From IMG/VR virus record IMGVR_UViG_3300003316_000129: a DNA stretch of 64,000 bases; one strand, 5' to 3'. The notes below the pieces were generated by a model. It did not search any database. It was given only the letters and a program-made list of their open reading frames with translations, and was not told the origin of the DNA. This DNA is from an uncultured virus (IMG/VR IMGVR_UViG_3300003316_000129) (taxonomy: Duplodnaviria; Heunggongvirae; Uroviricota; Caudoviricetes). The translations under genes were made by a program, and so were the position numbers. Below, one piece after another: positions 1-11,305 of this stretch; position 1 is the stretch's first letter; every line of letters begins with the position of its first letter.

Positions 1-102
1 TTTTTAAGAGAACGCATTGGCTGGTCGGTATATAAAGTTAGGCGCTTCTCAGATGGAGAAGTATTTACTGTTGGCGATAAATATCAGAACGATTCCAAGA
101 TT

Positions 103-3100
103 ATGGTTTATACAATCAAGGACTTTGAAATAAGAAACGGGATATTACTCGCCAATGCTGTTGAACATGGGTTTGATTTCTTTGAAGATTTAATAAAGAT
201 TAAAGAGGTGCTATTTACCACTCATGATGGCATCAATATTCATAAGGGAATGGAATATTGGTACGTAACGGATGCTTGGCAAATTGGCAATAATGTAGCA
301 CACACAGGCAGCGGAACCAATTCGTTTCAATATTTCTCAAATAAAGAAAAAGCAGAAGAATATGTCCTAATGAATAAGCCTTTATTGTCTATTAATGATA
401 CAATCATTAAGCTTAATGAAATATTGAATGTTAATAATTCATTGGATGTATTTGGGCGTAAATTCATAGAAAAAGCAAAAGAAAAACTGAAACAATGAGA
501 CGTAATAAAAATATTTCACATTGGCAGGAGCTAATTGCTAAAATTAGAGAGTGGGACAGGAGGGAGCACAATTGGGCCATGAGCAGAGAAAGGATGCCAC
601 AGAATAACTTGGTTACAAAAACGGATTTTATTCACACCCTCATGAAAATATATAATATAGAAAAAAGAGGTTATAAAAAATGACCATTATTCTTTTAAAG
701 TATTATCTATTAACTGGAAACAAAATTATTTATGAAGGATTTAGGCAGTATAGAGTCGGAATTAAGACAGATTCAAAGCGAATTACATCAAAAAGCAAAC
801 AATCATGAAATACATGCGATCAATAGCCGGTTGGATTCTTTGGAATATTCCTGTAGGGAACTTAGCGCCACATTTAATGAAATTCTATTTAGGCTGCAAA
901 AGATCGAAGAGAATCAAATAAAATACGATTAACAACCGGGAAACCGGATTATGTAAAATAAGAAGCCATGAACGCAGACTGCAAAGGCGCACTAGCGCAG
1001 ATAAATAAATCATGGAAAGCTTTTGTTCACAAAGATAAGCCCATGACTAAATCGGAAGTTAAAGCCGTTCTGGAATATGCCGTTGAGAAAGGGTATGAAC
1101 ATACCGGCATGTTGAGCGACGAGGAAGTTGAAAATGTTTTACAAACGTTAAAACAAAAGGAGCGACAACCATGACTGAAGAATCATATCAACAAGGCCGC
1201 AAGTTTATGCAGCAAGTAAATTACCTGCGCGGGCTTATTACGAAAGCCGAAGGTGAGGTTGCAAAATGGACAAAGATCGAGGATGTTCATCGTAGGGAGT
1301 TAAGGGCAAATCAAGCCGATGGAGCGCAAAAGTGCTTAAAAAACTCACTTAAGCGACTGGATGAGCTTCGGGCAAAGTTTGCAAACATGTCATTCCCGGA
1401 TAGCAATATAAAGCGAGGATACGTTGAAAAAGTTCAATGTGCAGGCTGTGGCGCTGCTATAGCAAAGGGAAATGAATATTGCGGGGAATGTTTATGTGAA
1501 GATTAAAATTAACAACCATGATACAACTTACAGATAAGGTGACCGCGCTGACACTGCCAGATGGCGCAACAGACATATTTTTTGATGGCGGTCAAAGTAT
1601 AGGTTTTCGACTTGACGGCGAACTCAGGTTTATTCACTTCCCAAAAGGAAACTGGCGCTACATATGCACCAGTAAAGAGGTGACGGAAATCATGGCAGCA
1701 TGTATAGTAGATAGTGACGGAAATGGATGGAAAGATTACAACAAAGAGTCCATCCCCAGTTGTTATCCATTTACTTCATCGGTGGAATCCCTGAACTCCC
1801 TCCTTGCCTCAAAAGGGCTGGACAATTCAAAACAATATGTGCTAATCGAAAAACTCTAAAATATGATGTACTGTAAGTGTGACAATTGTTTTAAGGAAGA
1901 ACCAGCATTCTTTGCGGGTCAAAACTGGCATAAGCCTACGGGGTGGTTTGAACGCACTACTGAAGATGGCGATGCTTTGCAGGCATGTAGCCGGGAATGC
2001 GTCACTGCCATTAATGAAAGAAGAAAACAACAAGGAAAGGATAGTAAACCAATATTACCAATATGACATCTGAACAACTATTACGGACACGTTACAAGGT
2101 TATAGCAGATTATCCGCAAAATCCTTATAAAGTGGGTCAAATATTACACCCAGTAAAGTATTTAAGTGGTAATTGGTGGGTTCCTGGCTGGATTGGGAAA
2201 GATATAGGTCATTTCCCTCATCTATTCCAATCCCTTCCCTGGTGGCAGCACAGAAAGCTAGATGAAATGCCCACATACATTAAATGTGAAGGTATCATCC
2301 ATAAAGCCACATGGTCTGAAAATAACGGCATAATGAAAATGCACTTAGAAGATACAGACTGGGAAGTTAATGCCAATGTAATGGGGCACTTTGAGCCAGC
2401 AACCAAAGAAGAATATGAATCTTATATAAACAAAAACAATGAGTGACGAAAAGAAATATCCTCAGGGTAGCTATGCCCCTGGCAACTACTATAATCACTG
2501 TTCGACATGCGGCCGACAATTTCAAGGTGATAAAAGAGCATTGCAATGTGAGTCATGCGGCACTAAATCCCAAGCAGAATGGGATGCTCTTACAGATGAA
2601 CAAAAGATTGAGCGTCAGAAAAGAAGCGTTGAAATATACAACGAGTTTATAAACAGCGAAGAATACAGGAATAAAATAAACAAAAACAATAGTAATGAGT
2701 AATAATATCTGCCTCTGCAAACAACCAAACTGGAATGCCTTCACAGACCGATGCATGACTTGCGGCGGTTATTATCAAAAGAAAATTACCCCAGTCGAAG
2801 TCGCATCTTCAATTAATATTCCGCCACCAGAAATGCAGGAACAGATAAACAACGAGGCGCTTGAATATGCCAAAGATGAGCATGGGTATGATCTACCAGA
2901 TAAAGGATACATAGAAGGTGCCACAACATGGGCCATGTGGAAGGTGCGATATGATGAATTGAAAAAATTAGTCACCCATTACAAAGAAGTTGCTACGATT
3001 GAAAATGAACATTACCGAGAGAGATGCTATGAATACTCAGCACTAAAAGAGAAGGCCGATAAGATGAAGGCGGCATTGAGAGACATAGCAGCCGGGAAGC

Positions 3101-3577
3101 TACTGCCTCAGTTAATAGCAGCACAAGCCCTTGCATGGAAAGGGGGAAAGGAGGATGAAAAGAAATGAGTATAATGGTAGGAGATATAGTTTATCACCAA
3201 CTTTCAAAGCTCCTATTCAGATGCGAAAACAAGAAAATGATGCGCTGGATGAATATGAATCCATTTTATATAAAAACAAATTTAAAAACAATCGATTACG
3301 ATCTATGGGAGAAACAAAACAACAACCAGAAATAATAACATGTACCGGGGGCTCATTTTACATTTCAATGGATGCCCCTTGGCAATCGGAAGAAGATAAT
3401 GCCGCCTATGAGTTGGCTGTTCGGAAATTTGAAGAACTCAAACGGGCTCACTCATATGTGGCATTAATTCAATCACATCATTGGGCCACTCATGGGTACT
3501 GGATTGAAACAAAAGAAAAAAAAGTAGAATTTCCAGATCATACAATTAGAATTTGGAAACAAAATAGCCCCTCCTAG
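103..3577 (+). CDS. Run of about 11 small, tightly coupled hypothetical phage genes (103-498, 495-683, 732-932, 968-1174, 1171-1506, 1518-1859, 1863-2066, 2063-2446, 2439-2702, 2695-3168, 3131-3577); several carry CxxC zinc-ribbon motifs
   Basis: Co-oriented ORFs with ATGA overlaps and A-rich start contexts; CxxC pairs in the ORFs at 1171, 1863, 2439 and 2695. Confidence 0.7.
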
Positions 3578-3590
3578 AAAAGAGGGGCTT
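3566..3590. terminator. Hairpin terminator between convergent gene blocks
   Basis: agcccctc-ctagaaaa-gaggggct, 8-bp stem at the strand switch. Confidence 0.7.
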
Positions 3591-3620
3591 CTGCTTAATA
3601 TGTGGCTATGAAAAAAGAAA

Positions 3621-3932
3621 TTAAAATAGTACACCTTCCTGCCATTTCTGTTCGGTTTTGGCTGGATTGGTTATATAAGCTTCTAATTTAGAAATAAGAT
3701 GTGTGGCACTTTCAATAGCAAAAGTCTGACACCCAACTTTTACAACATATCCGTGGTTTAATTGCTCAATTGTTATGGGTCTTATAGTATTCAGTGGTTT
3801 TGGGTAATCAGGCTGTGGTATACGACCCGTTACTTCTGATAACCCTTCCGTGGTATTACCATTATAATTAACCTGTGTGGGTTCTGGGGCGTTAGACAAA
3901 TAACCAATACCTTGATTCTGTTGTGGAGGCAT
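3621..3932 (-). CDS. Hypothetical protein
   Basis: 103-aa ORF with A-rich upstream region. Confidence 0.65.
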   Translation of the reverse strand: MPPQQNQGIGYLSNAPEPTQVNYNGNTTEGLSEVTGRIPQPDYPKPLNTIRPITIEQLNHGYVVKVGCQTFAIESATHLISKLEAYITNPAKTEQKWQEGVLF

Positions 3933-3951
3933 TTTAAGTTTTGTTTATTTT

Positions 3952-4254
3952 TTATGAATTTGATTTCTTATACGATTCGTATGGGCTTTTGCCATCGAAG
4001 AACTTATTTGTATGATCTGCTGAAACCTGTTCTTCAGAACCATCCTCTTTAACTATTGTCATAGATATTGAAAATGATTTCGACAGGGATTTTATAGAGT
4101 CGTCTACTTCTTTTTTAGCAGATTCAATATCATTGAATTGCTTATCGTTCCATGAGAACCCATTGCTTGATGTTTTCATAATTAATGTTCCTCTGTATTT
4201 AACGAATAGGGACTCTTTTAGTTTTTCAAATGATCTTCCAATATCATTTATCAT
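3952..4254 (-). CDS. Hypothetical protein
   Basis: 100-aa ORF in the leftward block. Confidence 0.6.
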   Translation of the reverse strand: MINDIGRSFEKLKESLFVKYRGTLIMKTSSNGFSWNDKQFNDIESAKKEVDDSIKSLSKSFSISMTIVKEDGSEEQVSADHTNKFFDGKSPYESYKKSNS

Positions 4255-4538
4255 GAAGCTTAAGGTTTAAAAGGATGGATCAATAAATACTTAGCTATTG
4301 CTTTTGGTACTCCATAGCCTCAGACACCCTCCTTGTTTCTTTAATCTTACGGATAGCATCTTCAAGATTTAGCCCATTTAGCGATTCCTTCATTGCCAGC
4401 ATATAACACATGGCAGCAAGACCGTGGAAGGTTTCCTTTGATTTATTTTTTTATACGCGATTAATTTTTCTTCTACCATATTAACCACTATTTCTTCTGG
4501 TATTATAGTAGCAATACCAGCCATTAATTCTACCATAG

Positions 4539-4811
4539 TTATTGTTTTTTTGATTTATTAATTGTTGTTGTGTCTTTTTTAGGCTGTTGTGGTGCCAATT
4601 GTGTTTGAGCCTGGTATTGTATATTAAAGTATAGGCCACCAGACTCTTCAGTGGGTAATTTGCCAAGAGCTTTAAGAATAATCTCAGTTTCTTGAACAGA
4701 AACATTCAACGTTATTCTACGATCTTGTTTTCTAGGAATAGCATTAAAGCCAAGTGTGACAAGGGCCGCTACTACGAAAATACCAAGGCGGAGTAAGAGT
4801 TGTTTTTTCAT
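4539..4811 (-). CDS. Small exported or membrane-anchored protein
   Basis: Likely start MKKQLLLRLGIFVVAALVTLG, a signal/TM-like N-terminus. Confidence 0.6.
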   Translation of the reverse strand: MKKQLLLRLGIFVVAALVTLGFNAIPRKQDRRITLNVSVQETEIILKALGKLPTEESGGLYFNIQYQAQTQLAPQQPKKDTTTINKSKKQ

Positions 4812-4982
4812 GTTTTTATTTATCGATTTAATTTTAATCTTTTTCAGAGTAGGGAAACCCAGCACCAAATAATACAGATACTAACAAAAACCAGCCCCAC
4901 CCTGGACGCTGAAAGTATAAAAGAAATGCCGAGATAAGTCCGAATATTAAAATCAAAGCTAAGTATACTATTGCGACAAATT

Positions 4983-5180
4983 TCATTTTTTATATATTAT
5001 AATGTAAATAAGCCAAATTATAAATCCAACAAGGGCTATCCCGGCCGGGAACCAAATAGGTGCAAAAACCAGCCACCAACTAATATCAGCCAAGTGGCAT
5101 AATTTCAAAACAAGAAATACCAAAAACAAAATACTACTAAATGTTGCACCAGTAGATGCTATGCTTTTTTCGTTTGCCAT
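4983..5180 (-). CDS. Small two-TM membrane protein of the common phage 'SWWLVFAPIW' type
   Basis: LFLVFLVLKL..ISWWLVFAPIWFP pattern. Confidence 0.7.
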   Translation of the reverse strand: MANEKSIASTGATFSSILFLVFLVLKLCHLADISWWLVFAPIWFPAGIALVGFIIWLIYIIIYKK

Positions 5181-5183
5181 GTT

Positions 5184-5663
5184 TTATTGATCTGTGTTAA
5201 TGTATTGAAGTAATATCTTAGGAATGCGTCTTCTTTCATCTCTCGCGATGGAGGGGTAAATTCTTTGAAACTTAGTTACGATCTCGTCCCAACAATTCAT
5301 TTCCGTCATATCAAGCATTTTATTATCCATTTGAGTATGACAGGATTTATCTCCCCAAAAACAAAGCTCTATCCAGTTATCTGGATGAGTAGCTACGGAT
5401 TTAAAATGAGCTTTTTCGAGGATATGTGCAATTGAGAATTTGTAATACGTGTTGTCGTTTTTACAAGACTTTCTACCGCAGTTGCTACATCGACCCGTCA
5501 TTAGTTTTCGCCTATTCTCAAACCATCGTTGCAATTCAGCTCCCCCGCCAATTTTAGCCGCCTTTTTCTTTTTACTGGTTTTTGGAATAGGCTTTCTTTT
5601 TTTAGGCTCTTTCGGCTTGGCCGCTTCTTCTTTCAGCCGTCTTATCTCTTCAATTGGTGGCAT
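5184..5663 (-). CDS. HNH/NinG-like zinc-binding nuclease
   Basis: CSNC..AHI..K....VATHPDN.IELC....CH pattern. Confidence 0.6.
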   Translation of the reverse strand: MPPIEEIRRLKEEAAKPKEPKKRKPIPKTSKKKKAAKIGGGAELQRWFENRRKLMTGRCSNCGRKSCKNDNTYYKFSIAHILEKAHFKSVATHPDNWIELCFWGDKSCHTQMDNKMLDMTEMNCWDEIVTKFQRIYPSIARDERRRIPKILLQYINTDQ

Positions 5664-5679
5664 TCTTTGGATATTAAAG

Positions 5680-5713
5680 ATAGCGCATTACTACTCCGAT
5701 AGTAATGCGCTAT
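5680..5713 (-). terminator. Perfect 14-bp hairpin, probable terminator
   Basis: atagcgcattacta-ctccga-tagtaatgcgctat just downstream of the 5724-6161 gene. Confidence 0.65.
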
Positions 5714-5723
5714 GTATTAGGTT

Positions 5724-6161
5724 TTAAATAGATTCAAACACTGTTTTTTCGGTAGCATGAACCTGCAATGTGCCATTTGAGAATAATTGCACATTTTTCA
5801 GGCTATACAAACCAGGCTTTAAGTTGGCCGGAACGCTGAATGGCTGCCCATCTACACCATGCAAAGTGGCCTCCGCAGGCAAAGAGCCACCATCTCCATA
5901 AGATATATTTTTGATATTTTCTATACTCTGTAGTGGGCAGAAGTACATTACCATCTTACCGAAATTAGCCTCTAACCTGACAGGAGATAAATCACCAGTA
6001 ACAGTTTGTCCATGTGTTAATTCCTCTTCTTTCATCCTCTGTTGAAGCACATGCGGTTGAGAGTAAGATGTGATAACAACCGGAGTTGTTGGTGTTTGTT
6101 GTTCCATTTTGTTTTGTTTTAAATTAAAAATTGACTTTAGTCGTGTAATGAGATTTTTCAT
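5724..6161 (-). CDS. Hypothetical protein
   Basis: 145-aa ORF; true start may be MEQQ. Confidence 0.65.
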   Translation of the reverse strand: MKNLITRLKSIFNLKQNKMEQQTPTTPVVITSYSQPHVLQQRMKEEELTHGQTVTGDLSPVRLEANFGKMVMYFCPLQSIENIKNISYGDGGSLPAEATLHGVDGQPFSVPANLKPGLYSLKNVQLFSNGTLQVHATEKTVFESI

Positions 6162-6266
6162 GATGTGGCGTTTTTATTGAAACCAAAGTTGGTTAATATT
6201 TATGATTAAACAAAATATTTGTCCGAATAATTTTTATTTCCGAAACATTCGCCTTAATATTGCTTC

Positions 6267-6464
6267 ATGAACAAGAAAGATCAAATAAATTACACCACAA
6301 TAGTTCGTAAGAGGGTTAATCAGAGGGGTATTAAAATGGGATTTTTCCTATCCCAAGTAGGGATAAGTGCGTCGCATTGGCATTTTATAAGAAAAGGGGA
6401 TCGCCCTCTTACAGACGAAAACAAGAATAAAATAGAATTATTCTTAGAAAAAACACGTATATGA
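6267..6464 (+). CDS. Cro/XRE-like HTH regulator
   Basis: GIKMGFFLSQVGISASHWHFIRKGDRPLT HTH pattern; first gene of a divergent operon. Confidence 0.6.
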   Translation: MNKKDQINYTTIVRKRVNQRGIKMGFFLSQVGISASHWHFIRKGDRPLTDENKNKIELFLEKTRI

Positions 6465-6826
6465 AAATAAGCGAAACAAGCCTTAGGCCAAATAAAAAGA
6501 AAGGATACGGATTACCGGTGCAAACTGTAGGCCCATCATTAAAAGATATACTAGCTGATGTCTGTCGTGCATTCAACATGAACCCTGATGAAATCAAAGC
6601 AAGATGCCGGGAAGGAGAAATAATGAAGTGCAAAAGAATTTATTGTTATGTTAGTTGTGTTTTAACTGACGCTTCATTTGCCTCAATCGGTTCTGAAGTA
6701 AATATAACACATGTTAGTGTTATGAATAACATAACAAGAGTTGAAGATTGGAAAAACATTAACGATCCAGTTTTTATGGAAGACTGGGAAGTATATAAAA
6801 CAAAAAGCAAAATATGGCAACAATAA
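6461..6826 (+). CDS. DnaA C-terminal (domain IV)-like DNA-binding protein
   Basis: ILADVC.AF....EIK...R..EI...KRIYCY.....T.AS...IG......H.SV pattern. Confidence 0.65.
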   Translation: MKISETSLRPNKKKGYGLPVQTVGPSLKDILADVCRAFNMNPDEIKARCREGEIMKCKRIYCYVSCVLTDASFASIGSEVNITHVSVMNNITRVEDWKNINDPVFMEDWEVYKTKSKIWQQ

Positions 6827-7200
6827 ATTTTCCTCCATTACCCAAAAGGCACAAATATTATTCATTGCGAATAAAAACAAAAGAACCAACCCTAGAAGAA
6901 ATACTAGTGGATGTATGTGAGTGCTTTAAAAGAGATATCGAAAAGGTAAAATCAAAGCGGCAGTTCATTAGAAATTTAATATGCAGACGTATTTATTGTT
7001 ATGTAGCTCATGTACTAACAAATGAATCAGTCACGAAAATTGGTCAGCTAATAAACAAAGATCATACATCATGCTGTGGGTATATAGATCAATGTTTCAC
7101 ATGGTTTGAAATAGATGATCATGTGTTTAAAGGAGAATGGGATATATATACACAGAAAAGTAAAATATGGAATGAGTATTTTCAAATAAGAAACACATAA
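6814..7200 (+). CDS. DnaA C-terminal (domain IV)-like protein, paralog of the previous gene
   Basis: ILVDVC..F...VKSKR......RRIYCY....T.ES...IG.LINKDHTS; shared KSKIW C-terminus. Confidence 0.7.
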   Translation: MATINFPPLPKRHKYYSLRIKTKEPTLEEILVDVCECFKRDIEKVKSKRQFIRNLICRRIYCYVAHVLTNESVTKIGQLINKDHTSCCGYIDQCFTWFEIDDHVFKGEWDIYTQKSKIWNEYFQIRNT

Positions 7201-7201
7201 A

Positions 7202-8044
7202 ATGAAACAAAGAAAGCATCTTAAATATTATAAGTATTGTATGGTTAAAGGTGAAATGCAAACCGATGGTTTGTGCTCAGCGGCCAATTTTGATATAATT
7301 GATAGGCGAATACTCGAATTATTTACACCAACCGAAGAAGACATGGAGCAGCTTGTTGAAGAGCGACAAATGCCATTTGGTAGTAATCCTGATTACAGCT
7401 ATTGGGCAAGTGGTCTTACTATAGACCATCCAAGGAGAGTAAAAGGGTTTACTGAGCTTCGTCAGACAATCATCTTGTTTATGGCAGCGATTAATAATGA
7501 ACTTTAAAAACGAAAAATATGAAAAGTAAAAAACAGCAACCAGTCAAAAGAAAATATACAAAAAGAACTTCCAATGAAAATAAGGAGCCCATTGATGAAG
7601 AATTAAATCAATTATCACTCGTATGCCAAATGATTGAAGTGTGGGATGACGTGCAGAAAAAAAGAAATCTGGCTTTTATTTTTTCTAAATATTCATCATT
7701 TATAAATCAATAGCATGAATGCAACTGCGGCTCTCGCAAAAGCCTTTTTAGATGGGCGCGTGTTAAGTATTAAAACAGGGTTCAGGGACTTCGGTATAAC
7801 CAACTTACCAAGGGAGTGTGGTAGGCTAATCGAGCGGAAGTTTAATGTTAAATTAGCCAGGGTTAAAAAGGAAGGAACAACCAGATATGGCATACGATGC
7901 ACTTGGTACGAATATAGGCTACCAGCCACAGAGTATAATACGGAAGGTAGGATTAAAATGGAGGAATATGTAAAAAAACACTACAAAGAGCCGTCCGCTA
8001 ATACTACCTATAATCCCTCATCAATCCAAAAGGACTTATTCTAA
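7202..8044 (+). CDS. Three hypothetical genes (7202-7507, 7519-7713, 7715-8044); the last may be a winged-helix protein
   Basis: Coupled ORFs. Confidence 0.6.
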
Positions 8045-8140
8045 TTGCCCCTATATGCGAAAATAATTCCTCAGATTGAATAAATATTTTTGGAAGCAAA
8101 AATCAAACCCTATATATTCGTGTTACAATTAAAATTAGAT

Positions 8141-8338
8141 ATGTCTTTGACTCCTTTAGAAAAAGTCGCATTAGAAGCGGAATATAATCTAATTGTAGAC
8201 ACTCTCAAACAAACAAATTTCAGTAAAGCTAAGGCTGCTATTTTATTGGATATAGATAGAAAAACTCTATATAATAAGCTATCGCTTTACAAAAAAGCCT
8301 TTGCAAATAAAGGCAAAAAGAATACAATATCCAAGTAA
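8141..8338 (+). CDS. Stand-alone Fis-like HTH protein
   Basis: LEKV..EAE..LI..TL.QTNFSKAKAAILLDIDRKTLYNKL matches the Fis/NtrC C-terminal HTH; TATATTCG promoter-like box upstream. Confidence 0.75.
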   Translation: MSLTPLEKVALEAEYNLIVDTLKQTNFSKAKAAILLDIDRKTLYNKLSLYKKAFANKGKKNTISK

Positions 8339-8812
8339 ATTATATTCAATGAATTATTCAGAAAAATTACAAGCCCATCCTCAGATATCAATAAGCTATT
8401 CCTATATTAATGCAGAAGCCCCGTAGAAACGGGGCTCGTAAAAAAGATAATCCGGTGTTTTTAAAGCCTTTGACCGGAAACAGGGCTTACAACCCTATAC
8501 AATCTCAAAGTTAAGGAATTTTTCTGTTATTCGGGTGTTTACCTGGTCATTTTGGGCAATGTCGTCGAACTGACAACCCTTAACTTAATAGCACAGTATA
8601 TCACTGTACGCATAAATGGCCTCCATCCTTGCAAATCTAGGCGTTGACAATAAGACCTGATTTAGCTTAATTGGTACGTAGTGAATTGGAATGTGTTCCA
8701 TTTGTATCTATGAAAGTGGGGATGGGAGAATAGCAGGTTAACTAGCATATCTAAGGGACTCCCAAAGAAGTGCTAAGGTAGAGTTCGTATGTATTATATT
8801 AATCCTTAATTT

Positions 8813-9139
8813 ATGAATAAAGCAAAAAAAACAGAAGAAGTTGCACTTCCATTTGATTTACCTGAGTTTTCTTTAAAGTGGCAAGAATGGCTGCAATTCA
8901 GAAAAGAGCGCCGACTCCCCTCATACGTTCCTACGGGCCTAAAAAAGACTTTTACGAAACTAGTTAACGAGAGCCAAGGTGATCCTTGTGTAGCGATGCA
9001 AATAATAGACCAGGCTATTGCCAATAATTGGCAAGGTCTTCATCCTTTAAAACCAAATTATGGGAATACCAATTCGGGAATTGTTAAAAAGCCAATCCCA
9101 ACCGGAAATGTCACTAAAGGAGGTTTTGGCCAGTTATAA
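8813..9139 (+). CDS. Phage replication protein (replisome organiser C-terminal-like)
   Basis: W.EWL.FRKE.R....I.QAIANNWQGL motif, directly upstream of the loader ATPase. Confidence 0.65.
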   Translation: MNKAKKTEEVALPFDLPEFSLKWQEWLQFRKERRLPSYVPTGLKKTFTKLVNESQGDPCVAMQIIDQAIANNWQGLHPLKPNYGNTNSGIVKKPIPTGNVTKGGFGQL

Positions 9140-9899
9140 TCACATTGAGCTTACGGAAGATGAAGTTAATGAAGCGTTGATCGAGGCCAAAAGAAAAAAA
9201 GACGCCAGATTAAAAGAATTAGGAAGGAAGCTTAGGGCTGATGAGGCAAGGAAGCAATTATCCGGTGGATGGAGTTATGAACAGACCAGGGATTATATGC
9301 TTTATAGGGCTAACTCTTTGTTTGAAGGGAGGTTTGAATTAGATGAACATAATAGTCTCATTTTTGAACTTTTATGTCATTACTTTAGTGATAGTAAAGA
9401 GTTTGTTTCTATAGCTACTGGCATGGGGGTAAATAACCCGTCTTTAGATAAGAGTATTTTACTTGCAGGGAATTATGGCACTGGCAAGACATGGATGATG
9501 AGTCTATTTCGAAAAAACAATAAGCGAGTATACCATGTAGTGCACGCTAAGGATTTAGCAAAGGCGTATAAAAAAAATGGGGAAGAAGCCATAGAGCAGT
9601 ATATGTATAAAATAAAGAATCCTTTCAATGATCCAAATGTATTTTACCAAGAATATTCTGGGTTATGCGTTGAAGATATTGGTGCTGAAGACCCAAAGGG
9701 GAATTACGGAGATCGGCCATTGGTGGTAGGTGATATTATTGAGGGAAGGTATATTAATCAATGTTTAACCGGTTGGTTTCATGGGACTACAAACCTTACT
9801 TCGGAGCAATTGAAGTCGTATTATGGCGAGCGTGTGACAAGCAGATTGCGTGAAAGTGTGAATTTAATAGAGCTTGGTGGCCCTGATAGGAGGAAATAA
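9060..9899 (+). CDS. DnaC/IstB-like helicase-loader ATPase
   Basis: Walker A GNYGTGKT; Walker B LCVEDIGAE; TTNL and YGERVTSRLRE motifs. Confidence 0.85.
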   Translation: MGIPIRELLKSQSQPEMSLKEVLASYNHIELTEDEVNEALIEAKRKKDARLKELGRKLRADEARKQLSGGWSYEQTRDYMLYRANSLFEGRFELDEHNSLIFELLCHYFSDSKEFVSIATGMGVNNPSLDKSILLAGNYGTGKTWMMSLFRKNNKRVYHVVHAKDLAKAYKKNGEEAIEQYMYKIKNPFNDPNVFYQEYSGLCVEDIGAEDPKGNYGDRPLVVGDIIEGRYINQCLTGWFHGTTNLTSEQLKSYYGERVTSRLRESVNLIELGGPDRRK

Positions 9900-9904
9900 C
9901 ACCA

Positions 9905-10240
9905 ATGGATAAATATCAAGAATATGAATTACGCTGGCTTCAGTGCATGGAGAGGATAGGCAGGAAGGAATTATGGTATTTTGAGCAAGATAATATTGGG
10001 TATACTGAGCAAATTATATCCTTGAATTGTAGGCGTAGTATAATGTGCTGGGTATATTCTGAATTAAAAAGGCATAAAAAGTTAATACCTATTGAAAATC
10101 TTGATATTGATGTTAAGAAGGAGATGTGGAAATTTGTTACAGAAATTTGCACAGGTAAATCAATGGATAAAAATAGAAAGATTGAAATTGCAAAAACCTT
10201 TTATACTCTTGAATATTTTTTAAAACAAAAAGAAGTATGA
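9905..10240 (+). CDS. Hypothetical protein
   Basis: Coupled ORF. Confidence 0.6.
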   Translation: MDKYQEYELRWLQCMERIGRKELWYFEQDNIGYTEQIISLNCRRSIMCWVYSELKRHKKLIPIENLDIDVKKEMWKFVTEICTGKSMDKNRKIEIAKTFYTLEYFLKQKEV

Positions 10241-10665
10241 TTAAATTACAAATAATAGGGCATCTTGGAAAAGACGCTGTATTAAACGTTCATGGTACTG
10301 ATGCTGTATTAAATTTTTCAGTAGCCCACACTGATAAGTACAAAGACGGCAATGGTCAACTTATTCAAAAAACTACTTGGGTGTCATGTTCGTATTGGAT
10401 AGATAGTCAATCAACATTAGGCCAGTACCTAAAAAAGGGAGTTGTTGTTTTTTGCGAGGGATTCCCAGAGGCTAGGGGATATGAACATAGTGGTAAGATT
10501 GGGGGTGAATTGAAAATGAGAGTGCATTATCTTCAACTTTGTGGCGGAAGTACCAGAAGAGAAGATGGCGAAGGATCAGTTCCAACAAAACAAGCGCCTT
10601 CACAAGAAACAGTTCCGTCTGGGTCTTATAAACCTATTGATGATGATAATGACTTACCTTTTTAA
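10237..10665 (+). CDS. ssb: Single-stranded DNA-binding protein
   Basis: IIGHLGKDA..NFSVA..TTWV..YLKKG..V.CEG; acidic tail DDDNDLPF. Confidence 0.92.
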   Translation: MIKLQIIGHLGKDAVLNVHGTDAVLNFSVAHTDKYKDGNGQLIQKTTWVSCSYWIDSQSTLGQYLKKGVVVFCEGFPEARGYEHSGKIGGELKMRVHYLQLCGGSTRREDGEGSVPTKQAPSQETVPSGSYKPIDDDNDLPF

Positions 10666-10766
10666 TTCTTGTGCATTATGATTATTAAAATAAAAGATGA
10701 AGAAGAATTGGTTAATATGTGCCGGGAGGCTATTTATATTCTATCAAACCTAAGGAAGTTCACTAA

Positions 10767-10861
10767 NNNNNNNNNNNNNNNNNNNNNNNNNNNNNNNNNN
10801 NNNNNNNNNNNNNNNNNNNNNNNNNNNNNNNNNNNNNNNNNNNNNNNNNNNNNNNNNNNNN
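10767..10861. other. Assembly gap (N run)
   Basis: Run of n. Confidence 1.
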
Positions 10862-11119
10862 GCGAGAGCTAAAAATAGAATTTTACTCTTAAAAGATATA
10901 CTTAGGTATATTGAAGGGATGCCTGAAGAGGGGTTTGTTAAAAATGAAATAAAAAGACTTGAGAATCGCATTAACAGGTTCTTGAATGAGTTTAATCCAA
11001 AAGACTACAAAGACCCTAAAGCAGCATTGAAAAAGTATGAAGCTGACATGGGCATACCTAAGTTAAGAAAACAGATTAGAGTATTAAGATTTATTTTAAA
11101 TTAAAATAAAAAAAACAAA

Positions 11120-11302
11120 ATGGTAGTAGTAAAACTTACGTTTGAAAATGAAAATGGGAAATACAAGTTCTTTACTTCTTTGGATAAGTTAACCGAAATT
11201 CTTAAAGACCCTTTATTTACTGAAACAATCGTTGATCCTAAAAGTGGAGAGGGAATTGTTCACGGTATAAAGATTATTGATGAGTTAGGCCTTAGTAAAT
11301 AA
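11120..11302 (+). CDS. Hypothetical protein
   Basis: 60-aa ORF with A-rich start context. Confidence 0.55.
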   Translation: MVVVKLTFENENGKYKFFTSLDKLTEILKDPLFTETIVDPKSGEGIVHGIKIIDELGLSK

Positions 11303-11305
11303 ACT

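Noticed and set aside
8349..8426. Mini-ORF MNYSEKLQAHP resembling the start of 'YSEKLKDPRWQ'-type HNH proteins
   Set aside because: Similarity is limited to about 8 residues, too short to call a relic
10669..11104. Apparent split or fusion gene around the first N gap
   Set aside because: Gap length is an estimate, so continuity and frame cannot be judged
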